Shown here piece after piece: positions 10,803 through 20,667 of a DNA stretch of 64,000 nt. The position numbers and the translations under genes are program-made. Position 1 is the stretch's first letter. The number at the start of each line of letters is the position of its first letter. The notes below the pieces were generated by a model. That model was given only the letters and a program-made list of their open reading frames with translations, searched no databases and was not told the DNA's origin. The DNA comes from Candidatus Latescibacterota bacterium (lineage in GTDB: Bacteria > Latescibacterota > UBA2968 > GCA-2709665), in contig CBDCOX010000002.1 of the NCBI GenBank assembly GCA_965219995.1, positions 3,648,001 through 3,712,000 of the forward strand, given 5' to 3'.

Positions 10803-12269
10803 TCAAGGTTGTGCAATCGGCGAGAGCAACCGGTAGATTTCATCGGCGCCGAAGAACAGCGCGAGACATCCGAGGGCCGTCAGACAAAGCGGAACCACGC
10901 AGAACACGGGGGCCTCCCGTATGGGGGCCGGGCCAGCGGTCCCGGATGCGGGCGCCGAGAAAAACGCGCGTGCGACGATCGGCATCAGATACGCGACGTT
11001 CAAAAGCGAACTGACGATCAATACGACCACGAAAATAACCTGGCCCGCATCTGCCGCGCCCAGCGCCAGGTACCACTTGCTCCAGGAACCTCCAAGCGGA
11101 GGAAGGCCGATTACGCTCAGCGATCCCACGAAAAAGGCGAACATGGTAACCGGCATTGTCTTCCCGATGCCGGCCATATCGCTGATCTCCGTCTTGTGCG
11201 CGGCCACCATGATGGCGCCGGCACAGAAAAACAGCGTGATCTTCCCGAATGCGTGCATCGCAATATGCATGGAGCCGCCGATAATCCCCCAGTTGTTGGC
11301 CAGGGCTGCGCCCAGTACAACGTAGGACAACTGGCTGACCGTGGAATAGGCGAGACGCGCCTTGAGATTGTCTTTGGTCAGCGCAACCAGGGATGCAATC
11401 AGCAACGTTGCGGCGGCCACACCGGCCAGCCACAGGCTCGTGCCGGTGTTCGCGAGCAGGTCGATGCCGAAGATGTAGACCACAACCTTCATTACGGTGA
11501 ACACACCCGCTTTGACGACGGCCACCGCGTGCAGCAGGGCGCTCACGGGCGTTGGCGCCACCATCGCCGCCGGCAGCCATCGGTGGAACGGCATCAGCGC
11601 GGCCTTGCCGGTTCCGAACGCATAGAGCGCCAGCAGCATGCCCACCACGCCCGGACTCGCTTTTCCCGCAAGGATTCCACCGGGTTCGAATTCCAGGGTG
11701 CCCGTCAGGTTCCAGGTCCACACGACCGCCAGGAGCATCAACCCCACCGACGTGCCCAGCAGGATGCCCATGTAGATCCTTCCGGACCGCAGCGCCTCCT
11801 CCGTGCGATGGTGGGTGACCAGCGGATAGGTCGAAAGGGTCAGAATCTCGTAGAAGATGAACAGGGTGAACATATTGCGGGCAAACGCAACGCCCAGGGC
11901 ACCCGCGATGGCCACCGAGAAGAAGACGTAAAACCGGGTCTGGTGCGTTTCGTGATGCCCGCGCATGTACCCGATGGAGTACAGAGACGTCACGATCCAG
12001 AGCCCCGAGGCGATCAAACCGAAGAGCATGCCCAGGGGTTCCACTTCAAAAGCCAGCGCCAGGCCCGGCAGTACCTCGAGAATCTGTATGCCCGGCCTCG
12101 CTCCGGAGATGACTTCAGGGACCAGGGAGAGTACCACGAAAAACAGCACGCCGCCGGTTGCCAGCGTGGCCGCCTCACGGAGATTGGGCCACTTTCCGAG
12201 AAGACCGATCAGCGGGGCCCCGAGAAGGGGCAGCAGAACGGCAATCAGCGTGGCGTCGGAAGCGGTCAT
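10803..12269 (-). CDS. mrpD: Mrp antiporter MrpD-like subunit (second copy)
   Basis: Start MTASDA overlaps the previous stop (ATGA); FYEILT, KAALMPFHRWLPAAMVAPTPVSALLHAVAVVK. Confidence 0.9.
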   Translation of the reverse strand: MTASDATLIAVLLPLLGAPLIGLLGKWPNLREAATLATGGVLFFVVLSLVPEVISGARPGIQILEVLPGLALAFEVEPLGMLFGLIASGLWIVTSLYSIGYMRGHHETHQTRFYVFFSVAIAGALGVAFARNMFTLFIFYEILTLSTYPLVTHHRTEEALRSGRIYMGILLGTSVGLMLLAVVWTWNLTGTLEFEPGGILAGKASPGVVGMLLALYAFGTGKAALMPFHRWLPAAMVAPTPVSALLHAVAVVKAGVFTVMKVVVYIFGIDLLANTGTSLWLAGVAAATLLIASLVALTKDNLKARLAYSTVSQLSYVVLGAALANNWGIIGGSMHIAMHAFGKITLFFCAGAIMVAAHKTEISDMAGIGKTMPVTMFAFFVGSLSVIGLPPLGGSWSKWYLALGAADAGQVIFVVVLIVSSLLNVAYLMPIVARAFFSAPASGTAGPAPIREAPVFCVVPLCLTALGCLALFFGADEIYRLLSPIAQP

Positions 12270-13783
12270 GGCGCGACTCCCAGCAGCCAGCCGGCGGCCC
12301 GGCGGGCAACGCCCGCGGTGAGGGACGTCGAAACCCCGAAGTACAGCGTGGCCGCAATCAGAATCCACATCGGGACGTGCATCAGCAGCGGCGCCTCGTT
12401 AACCCCTGAGGGCTCCGCGGGTTTGCGGAAGTAGGCGACTTCAACCACCCGCCAAACATAGACCACCGCCAGAAGTGAGCCCAGCAGGACCAGAACCGCG
12501 ACCGGCCACCAGCCTCTTTCCAGGGCCGCCAGAACCAGGTACCACTTGCTGATGAAGCCTACCGTGAGCGGGACGCCGATCAGGCTCAGGCCGCCGAGCA
12601 CGAGAGCGGCAGCCGTGACCGGCATGCGGCGCCCGAGACCATGCAAATCGTCAAGATTCACCGAGCCCGCACGGAGGGCGATACAACCCATGCACAGGAA
12701 CAGCGCGCCCTTCGTCACGGCGTGATTGAACACGTGGACGACACCCGCGGTGAGACCACTCAACGATCCCGGTCCGAACCGGACGTCCGGCGCGGCGCCG
12801 CTCACCGACACAAAGGCGACTCCGAGCATAATATAACCGATCTGGGCAACGCTGGAATATGCGAGCATGCGTTTGACGTTCGTCTGGAAAATGGCAACCG
12901 CCGAGGCCGCGAAAACGGCCAGTAGCGAAAGGGGCAACAGCACCACCTGCAATCCGACCGTATCGAATGCGAATCGGGGTCCGAAAACCGTGAAGACGAA
13001 CCGCAGGAGGACATAGATGGAGACCTTGGTCGCCGTTGCCGCGAGGAAGGCCGTTACCAGGGACGGCGCATAACAATACGCGTTGGGCAGCCACATGTGC
13101 AGGGGAAACAGCGCCAGTTTCAAACACAGGCCGACGCCGAGGAACGCGAACGCGGCCAGAACGGTCCTGCTGCCGGCGACCGGATTCAGACGCACGGCGA
13201 GGTCCGCCATGTTCAGGGTCCCCGTGGCCATATAGAGGAGCCCCACGCCAATGAGAATGAACGTCGCCCCGACGGTACCCATAATCAGGTACTGGTATGA
13301 AGCCGTCAGGGCGCGGCGGTCTTCTCCCAGGCTGATCAGCGCGTAGGTTGAAAGGGAGGAAATTTCGAGAAAGACAAACAGGTTGAACGCGTCTCCCGTA
13401 ACGGCCATTCCGAGGAACCCGGTCAGGCAGAGGAGATACGCCGCGTAGAACAGGTAGTGGCGGTCGTGCGGGATCTCACGGGCCGCGCTGGGTGGCGCGT
13501 ACAGGAGCACGACCGCGCCGATGAAGGCCACCAGGAGCAGGACGAACGCGTTGACGGGATCGATCCGGTACTCGATTCCCCATGGAGCGCTCCAGCTCCC
13601 GAGCGCGTAGGAGATGGTACCGGCATCCAGTACCCGTATCAGCAGCAGCGCCGTCATCCCCAGCACGGCCCACGCGACGGCCGTGGCGAATGCCCAGGCC
13701 AGCATCCTTCTCCGAAGCAGGAGGCAGACCGGCGCGGCAATGAGGGGAACCACGATTTGGAGAATGGGCAGGTGGACGGCCAT
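12266..13783 (-). CDS. mrpD: Mrp antiporter MrpD subunit (first copy)
   Basis: Start MAVHLP coupled to the mrpC stop; DAFNLFVFLEI, KLALFPLHMWLPNAY, GFISKW. Confidence 0.92.
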   Translation of the reverse strand: MAVHLPILQIVVPLIAAPVCLLLRRRMLAWAFATAVAWAVLGMTALLLIRVLDAGTISYALGSWSAPWGIEYRIDPVNAFVLLLVAFIGAVVLLYAPPSAAREIPHDRHYLFYAAYLLCLTGFLGMAVTGDAFNLFVFLEISSLSTYALISLGEDRRALTASYQYLIMGTVGATFILIGVGLLYMATGTLNMADLAVRLNPVAGSRTVLAAFAFLGVGLCLKLALFPLHMWLPNAYCYAPSLVTAFLAATATKVSIYVLLRFVFTVFGPRFAFDTVGLQVVLLPLSLLAVFAASAVAIFQTNVKRMLAYSSVAQIGYIMLGVAFVSVSGAAPDVRFGPGSLSGLTAGVVHVFNHAVTKGALFLCMGCIALRAGSVNLDDLHGLGRRMPVTAAALVLGGLSLIGVPLTVGFISKWYLVLAALERGWWPVAVLVLLGSLLAVVYVWRVVEVAYFRKPAEPSGVNEAPLLMHVPMWILIAATLYFGVSTSLTAGVARRAAGWLLGVAP

Positions 13784-14142
13784 CAGGGCGTCTCCTCGCC
13801 CCGACCGTAGATTTCCTCTTCTTCGATTGTGCCGAATGCTTCCCGGATCCTCACGACGAGCGCCAGCCCGAGAGATGTCGTGGCGATGCCGACGACGATC
13901 GCCGTCAGAATAAGAACATGCGGCAGCGGGTTGGAATAGCTCCGCACGCCCTCCGCGACAATCGGCGCGCTTCCTCCGGAGACTTTGCCCATACTGATGT
14001 AGAACAGGAAGACCGACGTCTGAAAGATGTTCAGGCCGATCAGCTTCTTGATCAGGTTGCCGCTGGCGATCACCGCGTAGAACCCGATCATCATCAGGAC
14101 AACGACAATCCAATAGTTATATAAGCCCGGGAATTCCGTCAT
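13783..14142 (-). CDS. mrpC: Mrp antiporter subunit C
   Basis: NLIKKLIGL, NPLPHVLILTAIVVG. Confidence 0.95.
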   Translation of the reverse strand: MTEFPGLYNYWIVVVLMMIGFYAVIASGNLIKKLIGLNIFQTSVFLFYISMGKVSGGSAPIVAEGVRSYSNPLPHVLILTAIVVGIATTSLGLALVVRIREAFGTIEEEEIYGRGEETP

Positions 14143-14558
14143 GCGCGATTCCTGCCGACAAAGGCGAAGAAGACTCCGATAATCACCGAAGCCACGGTGA
14201 CTCCCACACCCAGTTCGATCAGGAGAATGCCAAGATGCTGACCGGCCACGGGATCCGCGCCAAGCACGCCGTAGTCCAGGTAGCGGCCGCCTCTCATCAT
14301 CCCCGCGACCCCGGTGCAGGCATACAGGAGAAGTCCGAGGGCGATCACGACTTCCACGACAGCGGGCCTGGCCACCCGCTTCGCCTCATCCAGGCCGAAT
14401 ATCAGCGTATAGAGAACAAAGCCCGCGGCGAAGATCACGCCGGCCTGGAACCCGCCTCCCGGCCCGAAATCGCCGTGAAACTGAACGTAGAGCGCAAACA
14501 GCAGGATCAGCGGGATGAACAGTTTGGCGATAACCCGCGGGATGATCTGATTCTTCAC
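14139..14558 (-). CDS. mrpB: Mrp antiporter subunit B
   Basis: HGDFGPGGGFQAG, ELGVG. Confidence 0.94.
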   Translation of the reverse strand: MKNQIIPRVIAKLFIPLILLFALYVQFHGDFGPGGGFQAGVIFAAGFVLYTLIFGLDEAKRVARPAVVEVVIALGLLLYACTGVAGMMRGGRYLDYGVLGADPVAGQHLGILLIELGVGVTVASVIIGVFFAFVGRNRA

Positions 14559-15124
14559 CGTCCGTCCTCCGGGTCGCGTCCCGGCCGGGATCCCTTCAAC
14601 AACAGCAGCACCGCCACGCCCGCGGCAAAGATCACGGTGGTCTCGCCAAGCGTATCGTATCCTCTGTAGCTGGCAAGCACGGACGTCACGATATTCTCAA
14701 CGTCGACGCGCGCCGCCGAACCGCCCGCGTGCGGTACGGAATCCTTGAGGTATTCGGGCGCGACGTGGGTATGAACCGGCGCTTCCGGGTCGCCGAACCG
14801 CGGCATGTCCAGGGTGCCGTAAATCAGGACCGCACCCGTCGCCAGGACCGCCAGCAGGGGCAGCGGAGACGGTCGTGACGATTTGGCTTCCTCCCGGGTT
14901 GTCAGCGCAAGGGTCCCGATCAGCAGCACGGTCGAGATGCCCGCGCCCACGGCGGCCTCGGTAAATGCCACGTCAACCGCGTCCATCACGGTAAACAGCC
15001 CGGCGGAAAGCAGGCTGAATATCCCGGCCAGAATCACGGCGGCGAGGAGGTTCCGGGTGAGGACGACGGCGACGGCAGTGGCGACCAGGAGCGCCAGCAG
15101 GACAACGTCAATGAATTCGATCAT
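14555..15124 (-). CDS. Mrp subunit, DUF4040/MrpB N-terminal type
   Basis: Start MIEFID; AVDVAFTEAAVGAG, NIVTSVLASYRGYDTLGE. Confidence 0.92.
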   Translation of the reverse strand: MIEFIDVVLLALLVATAVAVVLTRNLLAAVILAGIFSLLSAGLFTVMDAVDVAFTEAAVGAGISTVLLIGTLALTTREEAKSSRPSPLPLLAVLATGAVLIYGTLDMPRFGDPEAPVHTHVAPEYLKDSVPHAGGSAARVDVENIVTSVLASYRGYDTLGETTVIFAAGVAVLLLLKGSRPGRDPEDGR

Positions 15125-15438
15125 GGTCGCTGGTTGTCCTCCGGAAGCAGAGGCTTCAATCCGGAGGTGAAGGCGGCCTTTGCGACCGCGTGGGTGGATG
15201 CCGGGCTGGTCAGAAAGAGAAGCAGGAGGATCAGAAACAGCTTGACGGTTGCCATGCTGAACCCGCCCTGTAACATCAGCCCCACAAGCACAAGTCCGGC
15301 GCCAAACGTATCGGTGATTCCGGCGGCGTGCATCCGACTGTAAACGTTGGGAAGTCTGATCAGCCCGATGCCGCCCACGATACAGAATAACGATCCCAGC
15401 AGCAGACAGGCCCAACTTGCGACGTCGTGAACCGTCAT
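15121..15438 (-). CDS. mrpG: Mrp antiporter subunit G
   Basis: Start MTVHDV; GLIRLPNVYSRMHAAG, TSPASTHAVAKAA. Confidence 0.94.
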   Translation of the reverse strand: MTVHDVASWACLLLGSLFCIVGGIGLIRLPNVYSRMHAAGITDTFGAGLVLVGLMLQGGFSMATVKLFLILLLLFLTSPASTHAVAKAAFTSGLKPLLPEDNQRP

Positions 15439-15722
15439 TTGGAAGTTTCTCCGCTCTCGCCGTCCGCCGACCCGAAATTGCCGTACTGAACGTACTTGAG
15501 CACGGCGAACGTCCCGATGAAGTTCAACAGGACGTAGATCAGCGCCAGATCGAGAAAATCCGGCCGTCCCGTCAAAAAACCCAGCACCGCAATCAGGAGT
15601 ATCATCTTGGTGCCGAACATATTTGCGGCCAGGACGCGGTCGTAAACCGTTGGACCCGCGATCGCTCGAATCAGCGCCAGAACCATCGTTATAAGGACTG
15701 CCGCCATCGCCGCCGCAAACAT
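15435..15722 (-). CDS. mrpF: Mrp antiporter subunit F
   Basis: GPTVYDRVLA, DLALIYVLLNFIGT. Confidence 0.95.
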   Translation of the reverse strand: MFAAAMAAVLITMVLALIRAIAGPTVYDRVLAANMFGTKMILLIAVLGFLTGRPDFLDLALIYVLLNFIGTFAVLKYVQYGNFGSADGESGETSK

Positions 15723-16207
15723 CAGGAGGTTCCCTCCATTGCCGTGACTCGGCGATCCATCTCGCCGTCCAGAAGTTCCTCGGCGCTTTCACGCGAAAGC
15801 GCGTGAACAAGAATCGTGTCGTCTTCCACGTCCACCGAAACCGTCCCGGGCGTCAATGTGATGGAATTGGCGTAAATGACCCTGCCCAGGGCATGTTTCT
15901 GGCTTGCCTTGGTTTTGACCAGCGTGGGGCTGATGGGCATTCCCGGAGTCAGTATTCGCAGAGCCACGTCGATATTTGACCGGACAACAACAAACAGAAG
16001 CCACGGAACGTATCCGAGTGCGCGAGCCGCAAGGTGAATGGGATGTCCCTCGGAATCGGCGATACCCATCCGCCGGACGATGGCGGCCACCGCGAGGCAG
16101 GACACGACTCCGAGCGCGAGTATCAGCGTGCGGTCGATGGAATAGTGCCCCGACCAGAGCAGCCATACGCCGAACAACACAACGACCAGACTCAGCAGAA
16201 TTCTCAA
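15722..16207 (-). CDS. mrpE: Mrp antiporter subunit E
   Basis: ANSITLTPGT and ILVHAL; probable TTG start at 16207 after GGAGGGA (the ORF extends to 16246). Confidence 0.93.
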   Translation of the reverse strand: MRILLSLVVVLFGVWLLWSGHYSIDRTLILALGVVSCLAVAAIVRRMGIADSEGHPIHLAARALGYVPWLLFVVVRSNIDVALRILTPGMPISPTLVKTKASQKHALGRVIYANSITLTPGTVSVDVEDDTILVHALSRESAEELLDGEMDRRVTAMEGTS

Positions 16208-16267
16208 ATCCCGTTCCCTCCGCGCCGGGCCGTACAACCGCCCCACGCGTCTGTTGTCCGGTTCAGT

Positions 16268-17788
16268 TTATTCGGTTCTCTCGTGTGTGCGTACCGTAGC
16301 GAAGGTATCTTTCAGGCTTTCAATCTGCCTGATGCGCACCTGTTCGATCACCATTTTCGCCGACAGTTCGGTTTTTTTCAGGAACGCGCCCGGGTACACG
16401 CCAATCCAGAACATCAGGACCACGAGCGGCGTCAGAATAAACCACTCCCGTACGGACAGGTCCGCAAGCTTCCGATTTCGTTCGTCTTTCACCTCGCCCC
16501 ACACCACGCGCTGAAACATCCACAGCATGTACACGGCGGCAAGGACGACACCTGAGGCGGCAATGATGCCGTGTATCATGCTTGCCTTAAAGGCGCCGAG
16601 AAGGATCAGAAACTCACCCACAAATCCATTCAGCCCCGGAAGACCGATCGAAGAAAGCGTCGTGATCAGAAAAAAGGTCGCGAATACCGGGATGGTCTTT
16701 GCCAACCCGCCGAAGTCGGCGATGAGCCGCGTATGACGGCGTTCGTAGATCATGCCCACAATCAGGAACAGCGCGCCTGTGGACAGCCCGTGGTTCACCA
16801 TCTGAATGATCCCGCCCTGCATGCCCTGGGCGTTCATCGAGAAAATTCCAAGGACCACGAAACCCAGGTGGCTCACGCTGGAATAAGCCACCAGTTTCTT
16901 GATATCCGTCTGGACCATAGCCACCAGAGCGCCGTATACGATGCCGATCACGGACAGCGCCATGATGTGCGGGGTGAAGTACAGCGCGGCCATCGGGAAC
17001 AGCGGCAGGCAGAATCGAATCAATCCGTAGGTTCCCATTTTCAGAAGAACGCCCGCAAGGATCACGCTGCCCGCCGTGGGCGCCTCGACGTGTGCGTCGG
17101 GCAGCCAGGTATGAAGTGGAAACAGCGGTACCTTGATGGCGAAACTCAGGAAAAACGCCAGGAAGAGCCAGTGCTGTTGCGGGTGCAGATAGGTCATCTT
17201 CTGCAGCACCATCAGGTCGAAGGTGCCATACTGCAGACCGAGATAGACAATCGCCACGAGCATCAACAGACTGCCCGCCAGGGTAAACAGCACGAATTTT
17301 ATCGCCGCATAGATTCGCCGTTCGCCGCCCCAGACGCCGATCAGCAGAACCATGGGAATCAGCATGGCCTCCCAGAATACGTAGAAGAGAAATAGATCCA
17401 GGGCGCAGAATACGCCGATCATTCCGGTTTCGAGCAGAAGCATCGAGGCCATATACTCCCGCACGCGGGACGTTATCGACGCCCACGAAGCGAGAATCGC
17501 CAGGAACGTGAGCAGGGTGGTTACCAGTACCAGCAAGAGGCTGATCCCGTCGATGCCCACGAAATAGGAAATGCCGAACGCCCCCACCCACTCCGTCTTT
17601 TCCACGAACTGCATCCCGGCGGCGCCTGATCTGAATCCGGTAACCAAAAAAACGGACAGCAGCAGATTCACCAGTGCCACCGCGAGAGCGAGAACGCGGC
17701 TGAACCCGTCGCGTCCACGACCCAGGAGCAGGACCAGTACGCCGCCAATCAAGGGGATGAAGATCAGGCCCGTAAGGATTCCAGGCAT
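16268..17788 (-). CDS. nuoM: NADH-quinone oxidoreductase subunit M
   Basis: FWEAMLIP, KVPLFPLHTWLPDAHVEAP, LLKMGTYG, GFVGEF. Confidence 0.97.
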   Translation of the reverse strand: MPGILTGLIFIPLIGGVLVLLLGRGRDGFSRVLALAVALVNLLLSVFLVTGFRSGAAGMQFVEKTEWVGAFGISYFVGIDGISLLLVLVTTLLTFLAILASWASITSRVREYMASMLLLETGMIGVFCALDLFLFYVFWEAMLIPMVLLIGVWGGERRIYAAIKFVLFTLAGSLLMLVAIVYLGLQYGTFDLMVLQKMTYLHPQQHWLFLAFFLSFAIKVPLFPLHTWLPDAHVEAPTAGSVILAGVLLKMGTYGLIRFCLPLFPMAALYFTPHIMALSVIGIVYGALVAMVQTDIKKLVAYSSVSHLGFVVLGIFSMNAQGMQGGIIQMVNHGLSTGALFLIVGMIYERRHTRLIADFGGLAKTIPVFATFFLITTLSSIGLPGLNGFVGEFLILLGAFKASMIHGIIAASGVVLAAVYMLWMFQRVVWGEVKDERNRKLADLSVREWFILTPLVVLMFWIGVYPGAFLKKTELSAKMVIEQVRIRQIESLKDTFATVRTHERTE

Positions 17789-17800
17789 CGGTTCAGTTCC

Positions 17801-19660
17801 TCAATTCTCCGAAACGTAATACAGCACCGCAACCACGCCGAGCACCATCCAGAGCGCATACGTAGGCGCGTTGCCCGACTGGAAGCGGGTGACGACCCAG
17901 CCCGATCCCTTCACCAGCAGGCCCAGCCCGTTTGCCACCCCATCCACCACCATCGCATCGAGAACGCGCGACAGCACCAGCGACAGCCGATGAATCGGAC
18001 GGACGACCACGGCGTGGTAGACCTCGTCGACGTACCATTTTCGAATCAGCAGCCCGTGAAGGGAGTTCGAGGACGCCGCTCCCAGCCGTCCGGCTTTGTG
18101 CATCCGGTAGGCGAATCCGATTCCCAGCAAACCCGCGAGGACGGAAATACCCACCAGCATCCCGCCGGACAATCCGCCCGACGTAGCGTGCTGAGCCGCT
18201 CCGGCCGTATCGCTCAGGAAACCATCGATCCAGCCGTGCCCCGGCGGAACGCCCACGAATCCAACCAGGACCGATCCCAGTGCCAGCAAAATCAGAGGCA
18301 ACGTCATGCTGTAAGGAGACTCGTGAGCGTGTTCGTGCAGATGCCGATCGCGTGGCTGTCCATGGAACGTCATAAAGATCAGCCGGAACATATAAAACGC
18401 CGTAAGCACAGCACCCGCGACACCCAGGGCCCAGATTGCCACGTTTCCGGAGCGATACGCGCTCACCAAAATTTCGTCCTTGCTCCAGAAGCCGGCCAGA
18501 GGCGGAATTCCCGCGATGGCGAGCGCGCCGACCCAGAACGTGACACCGGTCACCCGCATCTTGCCCAACAGCCCGCCCATCTTCCGCATATCCAGTTCGT
18601 CCTGCATCGCGTGCATCACACTGCCCGCCGCCAGAAACATCAGTCCCTTGAAGAACGCGTGCGTGAACAGATGGAAAATTCCGGCCGTATATGCGCCGAC
18701 GCCCACGCCGACGAACATGTATCCCAGCTGGCTGACGGTCGAATAGGCCAGCACCCGTTTGATGTCGGTATTCACCAGCGCGATGGTCGCGGCCAGCAAC
18801 GCCGTGGCGATACCGACCCAGGCCACCACGGTCCCTGCGGCGGGGGAGAGGGTAAACAGCACGTTCGAGCGCGCCACCATATAGACACCCGCCGTAACCA
18901 TCGTGGCCGCGTGAATCAGGGAACTCACCGGCGTCGGGCCTTCCATAGCGTCGGGCAGCCATACGTAGAGCGGAAACTGCGCCGACTTTCCGCAGGCGCC
19001 GACGAAAAGCAGAAGCGCGATCGCCGTCGCAACGCCCGTGGACAACAGGAGCGGCGCCTTTGCGAATACCTCGGAGTACTGCACCGTGCCCAGATAACTT
19101 ACCATCAGAAAAATGCCGAGCAGGAAACCGAAATCTCCGATCCGGTTCACGATAAACGCTTTCTTGCCCGCATCCGAAGCGGACCTCCGTTCGTACCAGA
19201 ACCCGATCAGGAGATATGAACACAACCCAACGCCTTCCCATCCCACGAACATGAGCAGATAATTGTTCGCGAGCACCAGTACCAGCATGGAAAACACAAA
19301 CAGGTTCAGGTAGGCAAAGAATCGGGCGAACCCCGGGTCGTTGCGCATATATCCGAAAGAATATATATGGATAAGGAACGAGATTGCCGTAACCGTCACG
19401 ATCATGATGGTCGACAGGGCATCGACCTGGAACCCGACGGCGGCCTTGAACGACCCGGCCGCAATCCAGGTGTAGACGTTTTCGTTCAATTCTCCGCCGC
19501 CCGCCACCCAGAACAGAACACGCAGGGACAGTACACACGAAAGCCCCACCGCCGCGGCGCCGATATACCCGGACGCCTCCCGAAGCCGATGACCGAACAA
19601 TCCGTTTACGGCCGCACCTGCGAGCGGAAAGAGAATGATCAGAATGATAACGGTCAGCAT
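17801..19660 (-). CDS. nuoL: NADH-quinone oxidoreductase subunit L
   Basis: GWEGVG, GKSAQFPLYVWLPDAMEGPTPVS, GFWSKD; 619 aa. Confidence 0.97.
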   Translation of the reverse strand: MLTVIILIILFPLAGAAVNGLFGHRLREASGYIGAAAVGLSCVLSLRVLFWVAGGGELNENVYTWIAAGSFKAAVGFQVDALSTIMIVTVTAISFLIHIYSFGYMRNDPGFARFFAYLNLFVFSMLVLVLANNYLLMFVGWEGVGLCSYLLIGFWYERRSASDAGKKAFIVNRIGDFGFLLGIFLMVSYLGTVQYSEVFAKAPLLLSTGVATAIALLLFVGACGKSAQFPLYVWLPDAMEGPTPVSSLIHAATMVTAGVYMVARSNVLFTLSPAAGTVVAWVGIATALLAATIALVNTDIKRVLAYSTVSQLGYMFVGVGVGAYTAGIFHLFTHAFFKGLMFLAAGSVMHAMQDELDMRKMGGLLGKMRVTGVTFWVGALAIAGIPPLAGFWSKDEILVSAYRSGNVAIWALGVAGAVLTAFYMFRLIFMTFHGQPRDRHLHEHAHESPYSMTLPLILLALGSVLVGFVGVPPGHGWIDGFLSDTAGAAQHATSGGLSGGMLVGISVLAGLLGIGFAYRMHKAGRLGAASSNSLHGLLIRKWYVDEVYHAVVVRPIHRLSLVLSRVLDAMVVDGVANGLGLLVKGSGWVVTRFQSGNAPTYALWMVLGVVAVLYYVSEN

Positions 19661-19720
19661 CGCCAGCTCACTTTATTCCGACGGAAGTATCGCGATTGCC
19701 GTATCACCGTCACGCGGCGC

Positions 19721-20026
19721 CTACCATTTCAGCAGGTTCACTTCGCCAACGTCCAATGTCTGTCTGTTCCTGTATAACGCAATGATAATCGCCAGTCCGA
19801 CCGCAACTTCGGCAGCGGACACCGCCATCACGAAGAACACGAATACCTGGCCGGAACCCGATCCCATATAACGCGCCATGGTCACGAACAGCAGATTGAC
19901 CGCGTTCAGCATCAGTTCGATACACATGAATATCACGATCGCATTGCGACGAATCAGTACGCCCGTCACACCGATCGCAAAAAGCATCGCGCTCAGGATC
20001 AGGTAATATGAAACCGGAACGGCCAT
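19721..20026 (-). CDS. nuoK: NADH-quinone oxidoreductase subunit K
   Basis: [17 protein letters not shown]. Confidence 0.97.
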   Translation of the reverse strand: MAVPVSYYLILSAMLFAIGVTGVLIRRNAIVIFMCIELMLNAVNLLFVTMARYMGSGSGQVFVFFVMAVSAAEVAVGLAIIIALYRNRQTLDVGEVNLLKW

Positions 20027-20114
20027 CTCGATCTCGCTGTTAAGAAGCTGTTTTGGATTTCGTCATCCGGACGAAAACCGGGACGGGAGCCTGCGCCCGG
20101 AATTGCCATCGCGT

Positions 20115-20642
20115 CTAACCGGATTCGCTTTCTCCGCCTCCACGGTCCCGTTTCACCATGACCATCACGCCGATCAGCGCAACCAGGAGGATCACGGAAA
20201 CCACCTCGAAGGGAAACAGATACCTGGTATAGAGCAGCTTGCCGATGGTATTGATGTTGTCCGTAAACAGCGGCGCTTCGTCGGATACCGGCGTGGCTGC
20301 CCAATGTCGTCCCGCCATGAAGCCGAGTTGCGCCACCAGCACCGCCGCCAGCAATACCACCGCGACGCGCCGATATCTGCCCGCCACGCGTTCGAGCGTG
20401 CCGGCATGGCCCAGGTTCAAAAGCATAATCACGAACAGAAAGAGTACCATTATTGCGCCGGCATACACGATAATCTGCACCGCCGCCAGGAAGTAGGCGT
20501 TCAGCAAAACAAAAAGCCCCGCCAGGGCGAAGAACGCAGCCACAAGAGACAGGGCACTGTAAACCGGATTTCGAAACGCGACGAGGAGCACGCCCGCAAC
20601 CAGCGCGATTGCGGCGAACGCAAAAAAGAAGGTCTGCTCCAT
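20115..20642 (-). CDS. nuoJ: NADH-quinone oxidoreductase subunit J
   Basis: RNPVYSAL, QIIVYAGAIMVLFLFVIMLL, PFEVVS. Confidence 0.97.
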   Translation of the reverse strand: MEQTFFFAFAAIALVAGVLLVAFRNPVYSALSLVAAFFALAGLFVLLNAYFLAAVQIIVYAGAIMVLFLFVIMLLNLGHAGTLERVAGRYRRVAVVLLAAVLVAQLGFMAGRHWAATPVSDEAPLFTDNINTIGKLLYTRYLFPFEVVSVILLVALIGVMVMVKRDRGGGESESG

Positions 20643-20667
20643 TCTTCCTCCCGCAGGGACGGGACAC

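Noticed and set aside
17801-19660. 2M-type expanded complex I
   Set aside because: There is one nuoM and a normal-length NuoL, and the extra subunits come with a full set of Mrp accessory genes.
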